A program made the translations under genes and the position numbers. Positions 45,690 to 58,467 of a stretch of DNA of 64,000 nt are shown one piece after another. Position 1 is the stretch's first letter, and the number at the start of each line of letters is the position of its first letter. Below the pieces are notes generated by a model. That model worked only from the letters and a program-made list of their open reading frames with translations, searched no databases and was not told where the DNA came from. The DNA comes from Phoronis australis (Eukaryota > Animalia > Phoronida), in the NCBI GenBank assembly GCA_002633005.1, contig NMRA01000348.1, positions 235,065 through 299,064 of the forward strand. Direction: 5' to 3'.

Positions 45690-48600
45690 TTTCCATTGCC
45701 TGTGTCCGAAGGTGTGTGTCCTTTTCTTTCTCAATACAGTTAATTTGCTCAAAATCTCCCAAGAAAATCAATTAGACTTCCAAAATCTGAAACACCCAAT
45801 TAACCTGAACATGTGCACCTCGATTTCGGCAAAAAACGTTGTCTCCTGTATAGGGAGCAATATAAGGCCAATTCCTTTGAATTTTTGTAGTTATTAGTTT
45901 TTTATGATTTGCTATTACACAAAGCCAAAAAACCGGAATGAGCTTTCAAGATGGCGGTTCTGGCGCATGTTGACCTATTTTCAGTCGTGCTGAGGTGCCA
46001 CTTAAACGGGAGGAGAAAATGACGTGAATTTTTGCATGAGGATTCTCTAAGGTATACTCTTTCAAATGAACTATAACAATGTTTTTCTCAGACTTACCGT
46101 TTTCGAGATATTTGACTTAAAATTCCTTAAAATAACGCAAAATTTCGTTCGTTTCGAAAAAACGGAATAATATCAATTTGGATAGAGCTTTTAACGGGCT
46201 TTCAGAAGAAGTTTTCCATTTTTTGCTAAGACGTCTAATTTTCGAGTTATTTGAGATTTTCTGATAACACTGTTCCGCTCTTGCTGCATTGATGTTGGTT
46301 TAGCTTCTATTGAACTAGACTGTAGCCTATTTCTTATTGATTTATGACATCTAAGTTCATCATATGAATGTTAAAATGTTGTTCATCATCTCCACCACCA
46401 TCATCACATTTGTCACCTTCGTCATCATCTCCGACGTCGTCTTTTCTTCAGATAATTTCGCCAAATGTCGCTCAAGACTGTAGCCTATGTCTTATTGATT
46501 TCTGACATCTACGTTCGTCATATGAATGATATCATAACTTGCATTGTCCATCATCGCCACCATCGTCGTCATAGCTGACATCTTCGTCGTCATCTCTGTC
46601 GCCGTCTTTTCTGGTCATCTCTAACATGTTTTTTTTGGTTAATTTCGCCATGTGTCGCTCCTCGGAGCGCTTTCATTTATTTATTCGCACGATACAGGTC
46701 GCAATTTCCGTCCGATCATCACAAATTTACACATAACACGGAGATCCGCAAGTACTGGAAGCCTATAGTTTTTCGTCATAATCGGATCCAAGATGGCGGC
46801 TGTGGCGGCCATTTAGTTTTCATTTTAAGATTCAAAGGCTTCTGGAGGATGCAATTTTTTACGTACAGGTTTGAAACTCAGCACAATTAATGGACCGGAT
46901 GTGAACTACATGTGTTCCGGAAATTGTTTACTTCCGTTCAAAGATTGCGGAAATATTGGCATTCGCGCATGCGCACCTCGATTTCGGGAAAAAAAGTTTT
47001 CTCCTGTAGAGGGCGCAATGTAAGGCCAGTTTTTTTGAATTTTGCAGTTATTAGTTTTTGATGACTTGCTATTATACAAACTAAAAATCCGGAAATTGCT
47101 TTCAAGATGGCGGATATGACTCATGTTGACCTATTTTCAGTCGTGCTGAGGTGCCACTTAAAGGGGAGGAGAAAATGACGAGAATTTTTGAATGTGGATT
47201 CTCTAAGGTATACGCTTTCAAATGAACTCGAACAATTGTTTTCTCACACTTACAGTTTTCGAGATATTTAACTTTAAATTTCTTTAAAAAATCGCAAAAT
47301 TTCATTTTTTTTTCGAAAATAATTACGGAATTGTGTGATACTATCAATTTAGATAGAGTTTTGAACGGGCTTTCAGAAGATGTGTTCCATTTTTTGATAA
47401 GACGTCTACTTTTTGAATTATTCGAGATTTTCTGATAGCACTTTTCCTTTGTTGAGCGCTCTTACTGCATTGATGTTTGTTAAGCTTCAATTGAACAAGA
47501 CTGTAGCCTATTTCTTACTGATTTATGACATCTAAGTTCGTCATATGAATGTCATGATGTTTGTTCATCATCGCACCAACCATCATCATATTCGTCATCT
47601 TCGTCATCATCTTCCTCATCATCTCCGTCGATGTCTTTTCAGTTAATTTCGCGGTGTGTCGCTCAAGACTGTAGCCTATTCTTACTGTTTTCGGACTTCT
47701 ACGTTCGTCATGTGTATGTAATTATTACTTTTATTGTTTATCATCGGCACCATCATCGTCATATTTGTCATCTTCGTCATCATCTTTATCGTCATCTTTT
47801 TGGTTAATTTCGCCAAGTGTCGCTCCTCCGAGCGCTTTCATTTTTTATTTGTTCGCACGATACAAGTCGCAATTTTCGTCCGATCATCGCGAAATTTACA
47901 CATAACCCGTAGTTCGGATGTCCTGGAAGCCTATTGTTTTTCGTCATAATCGAATCCAAGATGGCGGATATGGCGGCCATTTTGTTTCCATTTTAAGATT
48001 CAAATGCTCTTGGAGGCTATGATTCTGTACGTACGGGGCTGAGAATCAGTACAATTATTGAAGAGGGCGCCTGCTACATCTGTATTAGAAATTGTTAACT
48101 TCAAGTTAAAGATGGCGGAAATATCGGCAATCGCGCATGCGCACCTCGATTTTGGGAAAAAACGTTTTCTCCTGTAGAGGGCGCATTATGGGGCCAATTC
48201 CTCCAAATGTTTGCAGGTGTTAGTTTCTTGTGACATCCTATTTTTCAGATCTAAAAAACCGGAAGTTGCTTCCAAGATGGCGGATTTGGCCCATGTTGAC
48301 CTATTTTCAGTCGCGCTGGAGTGCCATTTTACACGGGAAGAGCGAATGACGTGAATTTTTGCATGAGGATTCTTTGAAGTATAGCCTTTCAAGTGGCACT
48401 AACAATTTTTTCAGACTTACCGTTTTTGAGTTATTTGACATTGAATTTCTTTAAAAAAACGCAAAATTTCATTTTTTTCGAAAAATTTACGGAATTGCGT
48501 GATATTATTAATTGAGATAGAGTTTTGAACAAGCTTTCAGAAGATATTTTCCACTTTCCGCTGCGACGTCTACTTTTTGATTTTGAGATTTTCTGATAGC

Positions 48601-50035
48601 GCTGTTCCTTTGTTGAGCGCTCTTACTGCATTGATGCTGGTTAAGCTTCAATTGAACAAGACTGTAGCCTATTTCTTACTGATTTATGACATCTAAGCTC
48701 GTCATATGAATGTCGTTACTTGGCGAAATAAATTTCGACAAGTATGTTGCTGTCCACTAATTTTTTTTTGTTTTTTTATTTGTTCGCACGATACAGGTCG
48801 CAATTTTTGTCCGATCATCACGAAATTTACACATAACAAATACTTCCAGAATTACTGGAAGACTATTGTTTTTCGTCAAAATCAGATCCAAGATGGCGGC
48901 TGTGGCGGCCATTTTGTTTTCATTTAAAGGTTCAAATGCTTCTGGAGGCTACAAATTTTTACGTAAAATGCTAAGAATCGGCACAGTAAATGGACCGGAA
49001 GCTTCTTACAAGTATACTGGAAATTGTTTACTTCCGGTGGAAGATGGCGGAAATATCGGCGATCGCGCATGCGCACCTCGATTTTGGCCTAAAAACGTTT
49101 TCTCCTGTAGAAGGCGCATTATAAGACCAATTCCTTCGAATTTTTACAGGCATTACTTTCTTATGACATGCTATTATACAAAGCCAAAAAACAGGAAGTT
49201 GCTTTCAAGATGGCGGATCTGGCGCATGCTGACTCATTTTCAGTCGTGCTGGAGTGCGGTTTTAAACGGGAAGAGAAAAAGACGTGATTTTTTTGCATGT
49301 GGATTCTTTGAAGTATATTCTTTCAAATGCCCTGTAACAATTTTTTTCTCAGACTTCCCGTTTTCGAGTTATTTGACTTTGATTTTCTTAAAAAAACGTA
49401 AATTTCATTTGTTTTTCGAAAAAATTACGGAATTAGGCGATACCATCAATTTAGATAGAAGTTTGAACGGGTTTTGAGAAGATGCTTTCCCTTTTTCGCT
49501 AGGACGTCTACTTTTCGTGTTATTTGAGTTTTTATGATAGGGCTGTTCCTTTGTTGAGCGCTCTTGCTGCATTGATGTTGGTTTATCTTCTATTGAACTA
49601 GACTGTAGCCTATTTCTTATTGATTTATGACATCTAAGTTCGTCACATGAATGTTGTGATGTTGTTCATCATCGCCACCACCATCATCATATTCGTCATC
49701 ATCGTCATCATCTTCGTCATCATATCCGTCGTTGTCTTTTCCGTTAATTACGCCAAGTGTCGCTCAAGACTGTAGCCTTTTTCTTACTGATTTTGGACTT
49801 CTACGTTCGTCATGTATATGTTATTATTACTTTGTTTGTTCATCCTCGCCACCATCGTCGTCATATTCGTCATCTTCGTCATCATCTTTATCGTCATCTT
49901 TTTGGTTAATTTCGCCAAGTTTCGCTCCTCGGAGCGCTTTCATGATGTTTGTTCATCATCGCCACAACCATCATCATATTCGTCATCTTCGTCATCATCT
50001 TTTTCATCATCTCCGTCTTTGTCTTTTCATTTTTT
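45690..50035. repeat. Tandem array of about four units of ~0.93-1.17 kb with internal (CAT/CGT)n tracts
   Basis: gcacctcgattt recurs at ~45815, 46973, 48141, 49073; cgcacgataca.gtcgcaattt recurs at ~46686, 47853, 48785. Confidence 0.9.
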
Positions 50036-50884
50036 TCTTAGTCGCTTCCCCGTTTGCCGGGTACCCGTTCGTAAGCGGGCTTACTTTTTCTGTGCTTGAT
50101 GGCTTGAGCATAAGTCAACATGGATTGCTATTATGGTCTGGCCTGCACTTGGCATTTTAAATAAACTGGTACTTAACAGGGGAAAAATACCAAAAGTGTT
50201 TTGAAATATATTAGAAGCCAGTGTAGATAGCCTGCCAGTGGGCTAAACTTTGAAGCCTGTGTATGATACTCGGGCGTGCCAATTTTCCAGGAGTTGGCGG
50301 CAAGGTCCCTGAGTGGTGACGTGGTAAAATTAGAGGTACCTGTAAATAGGCGCCCGAAGCCCACCGTATCACCTTGAGCACTGAACGTAACTTACGGTGT
50401 GTAGGTGCTACGTTCAAATGTCAAACGGTGATTGGCTGCACCTACGTGCGCCTGCACCCCACAGCACTGGCAATGTCCCGCTTTTTAAGTTTCAAGGTTT
50501 ATGCTGCCGCTGCAATACCGCTCAAAGCCCTAGTGCGGTAAAACTGTCCGACAAAGATCTTGTTAAACTCTTAAACGTTTTGGGGCGTTTTTAGGGGATA
50601 TTTCACCTCTCTGTGTTGGCATAGACCGAAATGTCCCGTTTAATGTCCGAATGTACCGCTTTTCCAATTCATGTGTTTCGTTTTTCAATCATGATTAGGT
50701 ACGTTGGCGTGAAACTATATGGTCATTGTGGGGATTGACCTAGATTTCGGTGTGTGTCGATGTGTGCCTCAGGGCAATGACCATATTGCGATATACATTA
50801 CACTGTATACTCATTTGCAGGTCGATAAGAAAGGCTAGGTCACCGACGAATTCAGATCACCGACAGCACACTGAACAAGGCACC

Positions 50885-51042
50885 ATGTCACTAGTGAACG
50901 TCATGTTAAGCGTTTTTCCGGAATGCGCGATCACAATCCTGCCGATCGTTTTTGGATTTCTAATAGGAATACTAGCCAACAGATGGATTGATGTGCAGCC
51001 GCCAGAGCAGGTTACACGGCAAGTGAACGAGAAAAGTACGAG
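50885..51042 (+). CDS. IYD: IYD coding exon 1 (membrane anchor)
   Basis: caccATG; [34 protein letters not shown] hydrophobic segment; phase-2 gtgaaa donor; a 5'UTR acceptor (tttgcag) ends at 50820. Confidence 0.7.
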
Positions 51043-54000
51043 GTGAAAATACATGATATACGTAATCTAGGCCTAGTCTCGCCTGGGTTTTGTTACATGG
51101 GCTTTGCGTGTTAAATCTCGTCTCCATTCTAAGAGAGATGAGTCTTTATCGGTTAATTTTCATCGGTTAATTTACAGAATGTGGTAGCAGAAGGTAACGT
51201 TCTCTCAGGTACAAGTCAATTTAATTTTGCTCTTCTTACTTTACTGCTATGTCTGTTCGAACGGACACTAACGTGTCGTGTTATCAACTTGCAAATTTGT
51301 ATTGGAATCATGCTACTTGATAGGTTAAGAGTCTATGTCGAGCTCGCGTATAAGACGTAACTGCTCCAAGTTTATATAGCTGCATGTATAGACAGCCTTT
51401 GTTTCTTCCGGCAGCCGATTCTGAAGACGTGGACGTTGGTGTTAGTGACCTTCATTCCAAGACAAGTCAACAGGAACCGTCATGTGGAGAGGGAGATAAC
51501 GACGAGGACTGTCGACACGTACCCTATGAGGTAATTGTAGTGCCGTGTGAAGGTTATCTTATAGAAGTCAATATATGGCTCGCCAAAAGTTTGTAAATTT
51601 GCATTCTCAGCAAAGTACCTGAACAACGTGGCTGCCGAACAAAAACGGAGCTCTTCATTAAATTATACAACGTTAAACGCGCCGGGACCAGAAACAGCGC
51701 TGTGCGCGGACGTATTTGTGACTCCGGCGGGATCGATGAGAAATTCTTTTGGCCTGACGTACATGTACATTACTTCTTTAAAGAAGACACGGCTAGACTT
51801 ATTGTTAGCGAGATTGATACTGGTGCGTTCGAAATTTCGGAACAGTCCCCTTTCTTCTGGTGTGCAGGTTTGGAGTAAAAGACCGAGAGACATAACAAAC
51901 AAACAAACAAATCAGTAGCTATATTTCGTGACTTCATGTCACATTTCGCTCTGTATATGTTCACTCCACTCATTGCTTGATGACGTGACGAAGTCACGAA
52001 ATGTAATTACTGTTTTTATTTGTTTGTTTGTTTGTTTGTTTGTTTGTTATGTCTCTCGGGTCTTTTACTTCAATTCTGTGTGTTTCAAGGGATTGTTTCT
52101 GTCAGTTTTCTAAATCAATGCATTTTCCAGTGAATTCATCTCGGATATATTGTATCGGTAATGATTATCACTGGTACGTGTAACCAGCCGCAAGCGATTT
52201 ATTCCTTGGTTGGTAACCAAATCAGATTGTATAATTTATGCCGTTTAAATGAAAATAATTATGTACATATCAGTTATTGTTGCACAATTGTTTGTATAAT
52301 ACGCTCTTAAAGGACCCTTTCAATTTTTTTCGAGACAATGTATGTTATGTAGTGAACTAAGGTAAAACGCCCTCTGGTGGTTGGAGTGATCTTTCCACTC
52401 ACCTCTAGTCTCACACTCCTTTCCCCGGTCCTCTGGTTGAAGCCAATCAGGCAGTGTTCCTGACATTTATCGTGTTTGGAGATTTGTAAGGCAGCCGTTT
52501 TGTTCAGGTACCATCCGTTAGGCCCACGTCGGCTACGACATACCCTGCGGCGGCTCTCGTCAACGTCACCGATTTCGTTTGGGAGACCCGTGTGCGAATC
52601 CTGGATTTACTGGCAGACATCCGAGCATTGCGAAAAGTGCCTCCTACTTCGAGTTCGGTCTTACACATGACTGAATGTACAGTATGTGTGGAATGAATGA
52701 GAACCACTCGAAATACGGTACTCGATTTCGAGTGTGAGGTTTAGAGAAAAATGCAAGTAACGTTACATATGACATGTCAGTGTCTCTGTTGTGAATGAAT
52801 ATAGTGGATTATTAGAGAGTAGACGCTCTGTTAACACGGCGCGCTATTGGCTGTGAGTATAAAACCATGCAGAATTTTCTGCCCGTTTGTTTTAGCTTCG
52901 ACGATACAGCGAAGACGAAATGCTAAGCAGGTCAGATAAATTCTACGAGAACATGAACAAGAGGCGAAGTGTGCGATTCTTTTCAACGGATGGCGTACCC
53001 CTTCAAGTGATAGAGAACGTCATTCGCACAGCAGGTAAAGAGGCTCATCCCCAGCCTTTTCTTCAGCCTAAAAACCCTGTGAAGATTGAGTTTTTAGTTA
53101 GGAGCAGCCTGTATTTTGCAATTGAATCGTTGCTAACGGACATTTTGTGGCGAATGCTAGCTACGTGTAATAAACAAAAAACGGATTAGATTGGAAAACA
53201 TTGCAAAACAATCATCCAATTTTGTACGGATATTCGCACACGTCTCGGTTCAATCTGTGTCTAAGGGTTGTCACGTTCAGGAAACTACTCCCCCGCGTTA
53301 ATTCCGTCTTAGAACGAGACTTGATTCATTGCCGCTGTACAGGACTGAACTGGCCTCAACTTATCAGCATTAAAGGTGATTGTTGTGCTTGGAACCTATC
53401 CGTTCGTTATTGCTTAACACGACGTTCAACAAGTTGCCTTGTCGTGATTTGTCATTAAAATAAGCCGAGCTTGGTGTCAATCAATCACTATTTGGCTATT
53501 TCTTTTGAAGTGGCGTTAAAACCACTTTTTGTTTGCACACGGAAGAAGTTGAGACCAGTTTTGAACCAGTTCATTTCCATGTTTGTAGGAACACGATTTT
53601 ATAGCAGGATTTAAGGTGAAGGCAGTACAAAACTGTAATTTCTTCCATAGTTTCTGAATTATGATGTCTTAGAACAGTCGAAACGTTTTATACACCGTTA
53701 CATTATTGTACTTAGGTACTGCACCGAGTGGAGCTCATACTGAGCCATGGACCTTTGTAGTTATAACTGATCAAGAGGTCAAAGCTCAACTTCGAGATAT
53801 TGTTGAGAGAGAAGAGGAGATCAACTATGCCCGGCGAATGGGAGAGACCTGGGTGAAAGATCTGAAAAAGTTCAATACGACATTCGTCAAGCCCTATCTT
53901 ACGGAGGCGCCGTGCGTAATTGCAGTGTTCAAGCAGTCGTACGGGATTAATCCCGACGGAAGTAGACGCGTGCATTACTACAACGAAATTAGTGTTTCAA

Positions 54001-55536
54001 TTGCCGCGGGTATACTTCTAGCTTCGCTACAGGTAAGGCCTGAAATAAAAGTAATCCACCTATCGAAAATGTGATCATGCGCCACCAGCCTCAATGAAGT
54101 TGGAGACAAAGACATAGCCTTTCGGGTCGCAACAGAGTGATGTGGCCATTGTGTTTATTACAAGTTCCATCCACTCATTTAAAGCCATTGTGTTGGCCCC
54201 CGGCCTCGTTCATTACAAAGTAACCCAGGCAGCAAATCATTTCACATTTTCACCCTTCCTGCGTTTGCCAAAAATTTCGAGGTTGCTTTGGCCGCCAGTT
54301 GAGTATTTTTGGCTGGGCAGTGATCACAAGAGTCTGGCTTTGAATGGGAAGACATTGACTGTCGTAGATTTGTATGGTTATTCTAAACAAAGTTTGCACG
54401 TAAATTATTTTTCGGAGCTCTAATTATGCTTGCATGACTCCTGATGTGATGTCCGCGGCCCCCATCTTTTCCTTCCATTTTTGTTTTCGTGCACTTCCGA
54501 TTGTTTGATGTGTCATAGTGTTTGTTAACTTGCAACCAGTTCAACGGTTACTACACTTCGGTAACGTCTTATTCAGTGTGCGTGAAGGTTGCGTCATGTA
54601 CAAAGATTGCAGGAAGTGATCTGGGTCGCGAACGTCACATCCCCAGTGACGCATTCATATAGCTAATTAGAACCCGGAAAATTAATGTTACTTCAAACCA
54701 TATAATCATGTTTTACCTAAATGAAACACTGAAGAAGGTTGTTGTGTGCATTCCCCCTGTTCTCCCAAACAACTGTACAACACACGTTGGCGAAGTTCAT
54801 AGCAGGAACATGTCGCCACCTTTGGCACGTTTTTGCCCTCCCGGACATGTAAGAGGTTACCAGTATATAGGTGTTGTCTCCAGTTAAGGCATAAGACAAA
54901 ATTTGGCGACTTGGTGAGCTGAGTGAAAGTCTCATGCGTAGGTTTATTCCTTTACAACGTTAGCGCGTGTACTGGACACAGACACGAAGATTTTGTGTTG
55001 GTCGGCTACTACATGTACATGTACAGTGCGAGGGCCACCCCCTCGTCATAATGTGTAAGAAAGCCTTTCGACTCTAGACCACTTGCGTGTTTTTAAACTG
55101 AGCAGAAAGTGGGTGTTGCCATTTTCGGTTTGCTTAAACTTGAATAAGGCCTATAGAATTGCTAGAGGTTTTACAAACTATTCCAGTTGTGCCCTGTAAT
55201 AGGTTAGCATCATGACGCCAAGGGAAATGGTACAAAATTCATCTCGTTTCTAATCTCGCAAAGGTATATTGGAAATCCAACCAGCATCTGGTATGAACAC
55301 GGTAATTTCGTCGAGCCTTCAGTACAACGTACATATAAGCCGCATCTTTTCAGAACGTGGGTCTTGTTACGTTGACCAGTACGCCTATGAACGCAGGACC
55401 AAACATTCGCCAACTGCTTGGACGACCCCCAAACGAGAAGTTACTATTTGTGCTTCCGGTAGGATATCCGGCAAAAGATGCCACAGTGCCGGATTTGAAG
55501 AGAAAACCACTAGAGGGCGTCATGGTAGTTATATGA
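50885..55536 (+). CDS. IYD: Iodotyrosine deiodinase (nitro-FMN reductase superfamily), spliced, 311 aa
   Basis: Exons 50885-51042, 51392-51530, 52896-53034, 53716-54032, 55354-55536; phases 2/0/1/0; sum 936 nt; N-terminal hydrophobic anchor, [52 protein letters not shown]. Confidence 0.93.
51392..51530 (+). CDS. IYD: IYD coding exon 2 (acidic linker ending HVPYE)
   Basis: tgtatag / gtaatt, phase 2-0; joins in frame to [10 protein letters not shown]. Confidence 0.75.
51772..52068 (-). mobile_element. Dispersed repeat, copy 3 (Penelope-like 5' fragment) with a short inverted partial copy and (TTTG)n
   Basis: [40 protein letters not shown] on minus from 51893; tttgtttgttatgtctctcgg repeated on plus at ~52040-52060. 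Confidence 0.45.
52508..52681 (+). CDS. Candidate in-frame cassette exon or alternative first exon of IYD
   Basis: ttttgttcag / gtatgt, 174 nt, stop-free, phase 0-0 inside a phase-0 intron; GC-rich; CCAAT at ~52443; in-frame ATG at 52667. Confidence 0.3.
52896..53034 (+). CDS. IYD: IYD coding exon 3
   Basis: ttttag / gtaaag; [46 protein letters not shown]. Confidence 0.93.
53716..54032 (+). CDS. IYD: IYD coding exon 4
   Basis: cttag / gtaagg; [16 protein letters not shown]...[11 protein letters not shown]...[19 protein letters not shown]. Confidence 0.95.
55354..55536 (+). CDS. IYD: IYD coding exon 5 (terminal)
   Basis: tcttttcag; [60 protein letters not shown]. Confidence 0.95.
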   Translation, partial: NVGLVTLTSTPMNAGPNIRQLLGRPPNEKLLFVLPVGYPAKDATVPDLKRKPLEGVMVVI

Positions 55537-58386
55537 GAACCCACCCGTCACATGGAAGCCACCAGAAGAACATTTTGCCTCACTGCCAAAAACGTTGAAA
55601 ATAACGTTCTTTAAAGGACTAAAACCCAGGTTATGATTATTAACGGATATGAATACAGACTTAAAAACACCCAATCTGTGAAACAAAGCAATGTGCTTCA
55701 GAACGTCTGAATTGCCAATCCCTAAGTTTGGTTCAAGTTCCGCAATTCCTTCCATAGTTAAATCGGCCACCTTGACTCCTGCTTTAAGCGTGTTAGGCCT
55801 ACTTGAGGACTGTGCGCCTTGAACCAGCAAATTCACTTTGTGACACACTGAGGATAGTCTAGTTGAACAGTGGTTTTACCTTTCCAGGGAAGTACTGTAG
55901 GCAATAGCAAGTAAGGAAGTAATTTGGATAAAATCTTCAAAACATACATTCAAGGAAATTTAAGTTTACAGCAACGACTCAAGACCGAGAGGAAATCTGT
56001 AAACCAAGGCAAATCCACCGGGCGGCCCAACAGAATTGTGTGGGGGAAATAAAGGAAGGCTGTTGAGTACAAGTACATGTTGCTAACTGGACATAGTGAG
56101 ACACGCCGCAGGTTGTCCTCCCTGCAAGGGTCGATGATGTCTACTGTGACAATGTATGCTGTTAGAATGTCGTGGTACACACTGGCGCTCTCCGAGAGCA
56201 TCAACTTTGCTGAAATGTACGTGTAGGCCTTCATGCCGTGATACTGTTTGTAGGCCTACGTGAAGTCTGGACTCGCTCAAGAATTGCCAGTTAGATATTC
56301 CTGGAGAACATCTGGTTGTCTATACATCAAAATCAAAATGGCTGGAAAACGTCTGGTTCTTTGATCAAACACTAGATTGATCAACCCATTGGTACATTTA
56401 GGACTCAACCATGAACCAGTTTTCAATACTTGTATTGAGCATCCTATGTGATAATAAACAATGAAGATAAAGCTTAATTTTTCTTAATTACCATAGAAAG
56501 CAATTACTATATACACATACATTAAGTGGTCTTGAATATCACCTCACTGTAAAAATATATATTTGAATTAGTCAACAAACGTCTTCAATATTGATTCACT
56601 AACTTTCCATTGTCACAAAACTAACTTTTCGATTCATGTTGCCCTTAAAAAACAAGCCTTGTTAGACTACTTTTGCAGATTAGAAGTAATCTCTAGTCTT
56701 AAGAAGAATTGACACAGATGGTCAGTTTATGCGAAAAGCATATTCTCCAGCAACAATCACTTCAATTCTGAGAAAGTGACAAGCTATGACCAGTTTTATA
56801 ACCATTAAAGACACAACTACTACAGGTTTATAGTTCCTTCAAACAGAATGGGACTGCAACTGCATGTACATGTATAATAAAATTATGTTCTATTTGTAAA
56901 AAAAATGATAAGTTGTTCCTATATTAAGTGGCCTTAGAAATGGGCAGAGATCTGAACTGGTTGAAAGATACAAGTAAAGGCTCATTTGATGAGCATTATT
57001 CTTGAAGCCTATATTAAAACCATAGAAATGCCTGTGCCGGGTACTAGCAACCTGTCACAACTGTCAAACTGAATGCTATTCCTTTCCATCGCAGCATAAA
57101 CTGACCAGCTCTATTCTCAGGTAACATTTGGAGAAATTCCAGTATCTCAGTACACTGAGTTTGTATTCTGAAGAATAGACCAGCAATTGGTAAAATAAAC
57201 TGAAAAATGAAGTTTTGAAGCACAACATTACAAAGAAAACAATCCATTTCATTTCTCGGCCAATCTTGACAAACCTGGACAGAATTTGCTCAAAACTTTG
57301 ATTGTTAAAAATCATGACAAGTTTTCTGACAAATGCATACCGGAAATAAACAATCAACTGTGATATGTAGGTGCAATAATGTTGCATTAAACTTTAACTA
57401 GATTTAAATAATTCCCGGAAAGATTTTCATTAAAAATTTGGTGGTCTGACAGAGTTATGTAAAACTATGTATAATTTATTTTGAAAACAGCAGTAATGTA
57501 CTTAATGCCTGACTTATTCAGCCCTCAGAACCTTTGTCACAATAAAACAGACCTGTTGTGAAAATTCTGCCGTGGTCTGTCATGGCCTCTAAGTTGACAT
57601 GCCTGTGGCACAAGTGTAAAATTAACCAGAATTAAAGGGATTCTTGCAGCAATGAAATGGACTTTTAAGCACACTTTGCCCGTGGACAATTTTTAAAAGC
57701 TTGGTGTAATCCTGTTAATTTCGAAAACTATGGCATATTTGTCAACAAAACTTCCCCTGGAGTTTGCCTTTTCATTTTGGACCATTAAGGTGCCAACTCT
57801 AATAATGCGTTTAATTTCAATTGAAATGTGCAGTGTAAAGTATACATTTACCAGCTGCATCAAAAAACATAATTTTATATAATTTACCCACATACTGAAA
57901 CATCTCAACAACAAAATATTTGCCTTAGCATGCATGAGTTTAACAATTCCTTCAAAGTTCGTGGTACTTTTAGTCACCACTTGTTCCAAAAGCTCATTTG
58001 GCAAAACAACAAAATGTTTTCCACCATCAAATCAACAATATTGCTGTCTAAATATCTTTGACTAATTCAAGCCCCATATTGTCTCCCCTGCCCCATATTG
58101 TCTCCCCTGAAAGTTCCTTCCCTCCAGTTATCACTGAAGGAAGTCTTTAACAGGTATCCTCCACACGTTTCAAATTGTTTTCTCCTGTGAACTACTTAAG
58201 TTCTCATAATTTATGCCACAAATTTCATGGAACTAGAAAGCTTTTTGAAAAGCTACAATATCTAGCTTTGAACATTTATCTAGTAATTTTCCTATCCCAG
58301 CCACTTTTGCCAACAAGAGGTACAACAGTGTAGTTCCCATTTGACACAACCGCAGATATTAGCACCACAGCACCACCTTGTGTTCA

Positions 58387-58467
58387 TCAGACACTTTCTT
58401 CGAGTTGTAACTGTTGGGCTTCACCTATTGCACTGTATCTAGTTCCTACGAATTCCTTTAGGTGGAT
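58387..58467 (-). CDS. SPG21: SPG21 terminal coding exon
   Basis: cttacag; [26 protein letters not shown]. Confidence 0.88.
   Translation of the reverse strand: MHLKEFVGTRYSAIGEAQQLQLEESV

Noticed and set aside
48866-49477. 203-aa ORF
   Set aside because: Lies within one unit of the tandem array; the frame is not preserved in the other units
57632-58150. TTAA-flanked Kolobok-like MITE between IYD and SPG21
   Set aside because: Terminal inverted match is too short and imperfect to support by eye
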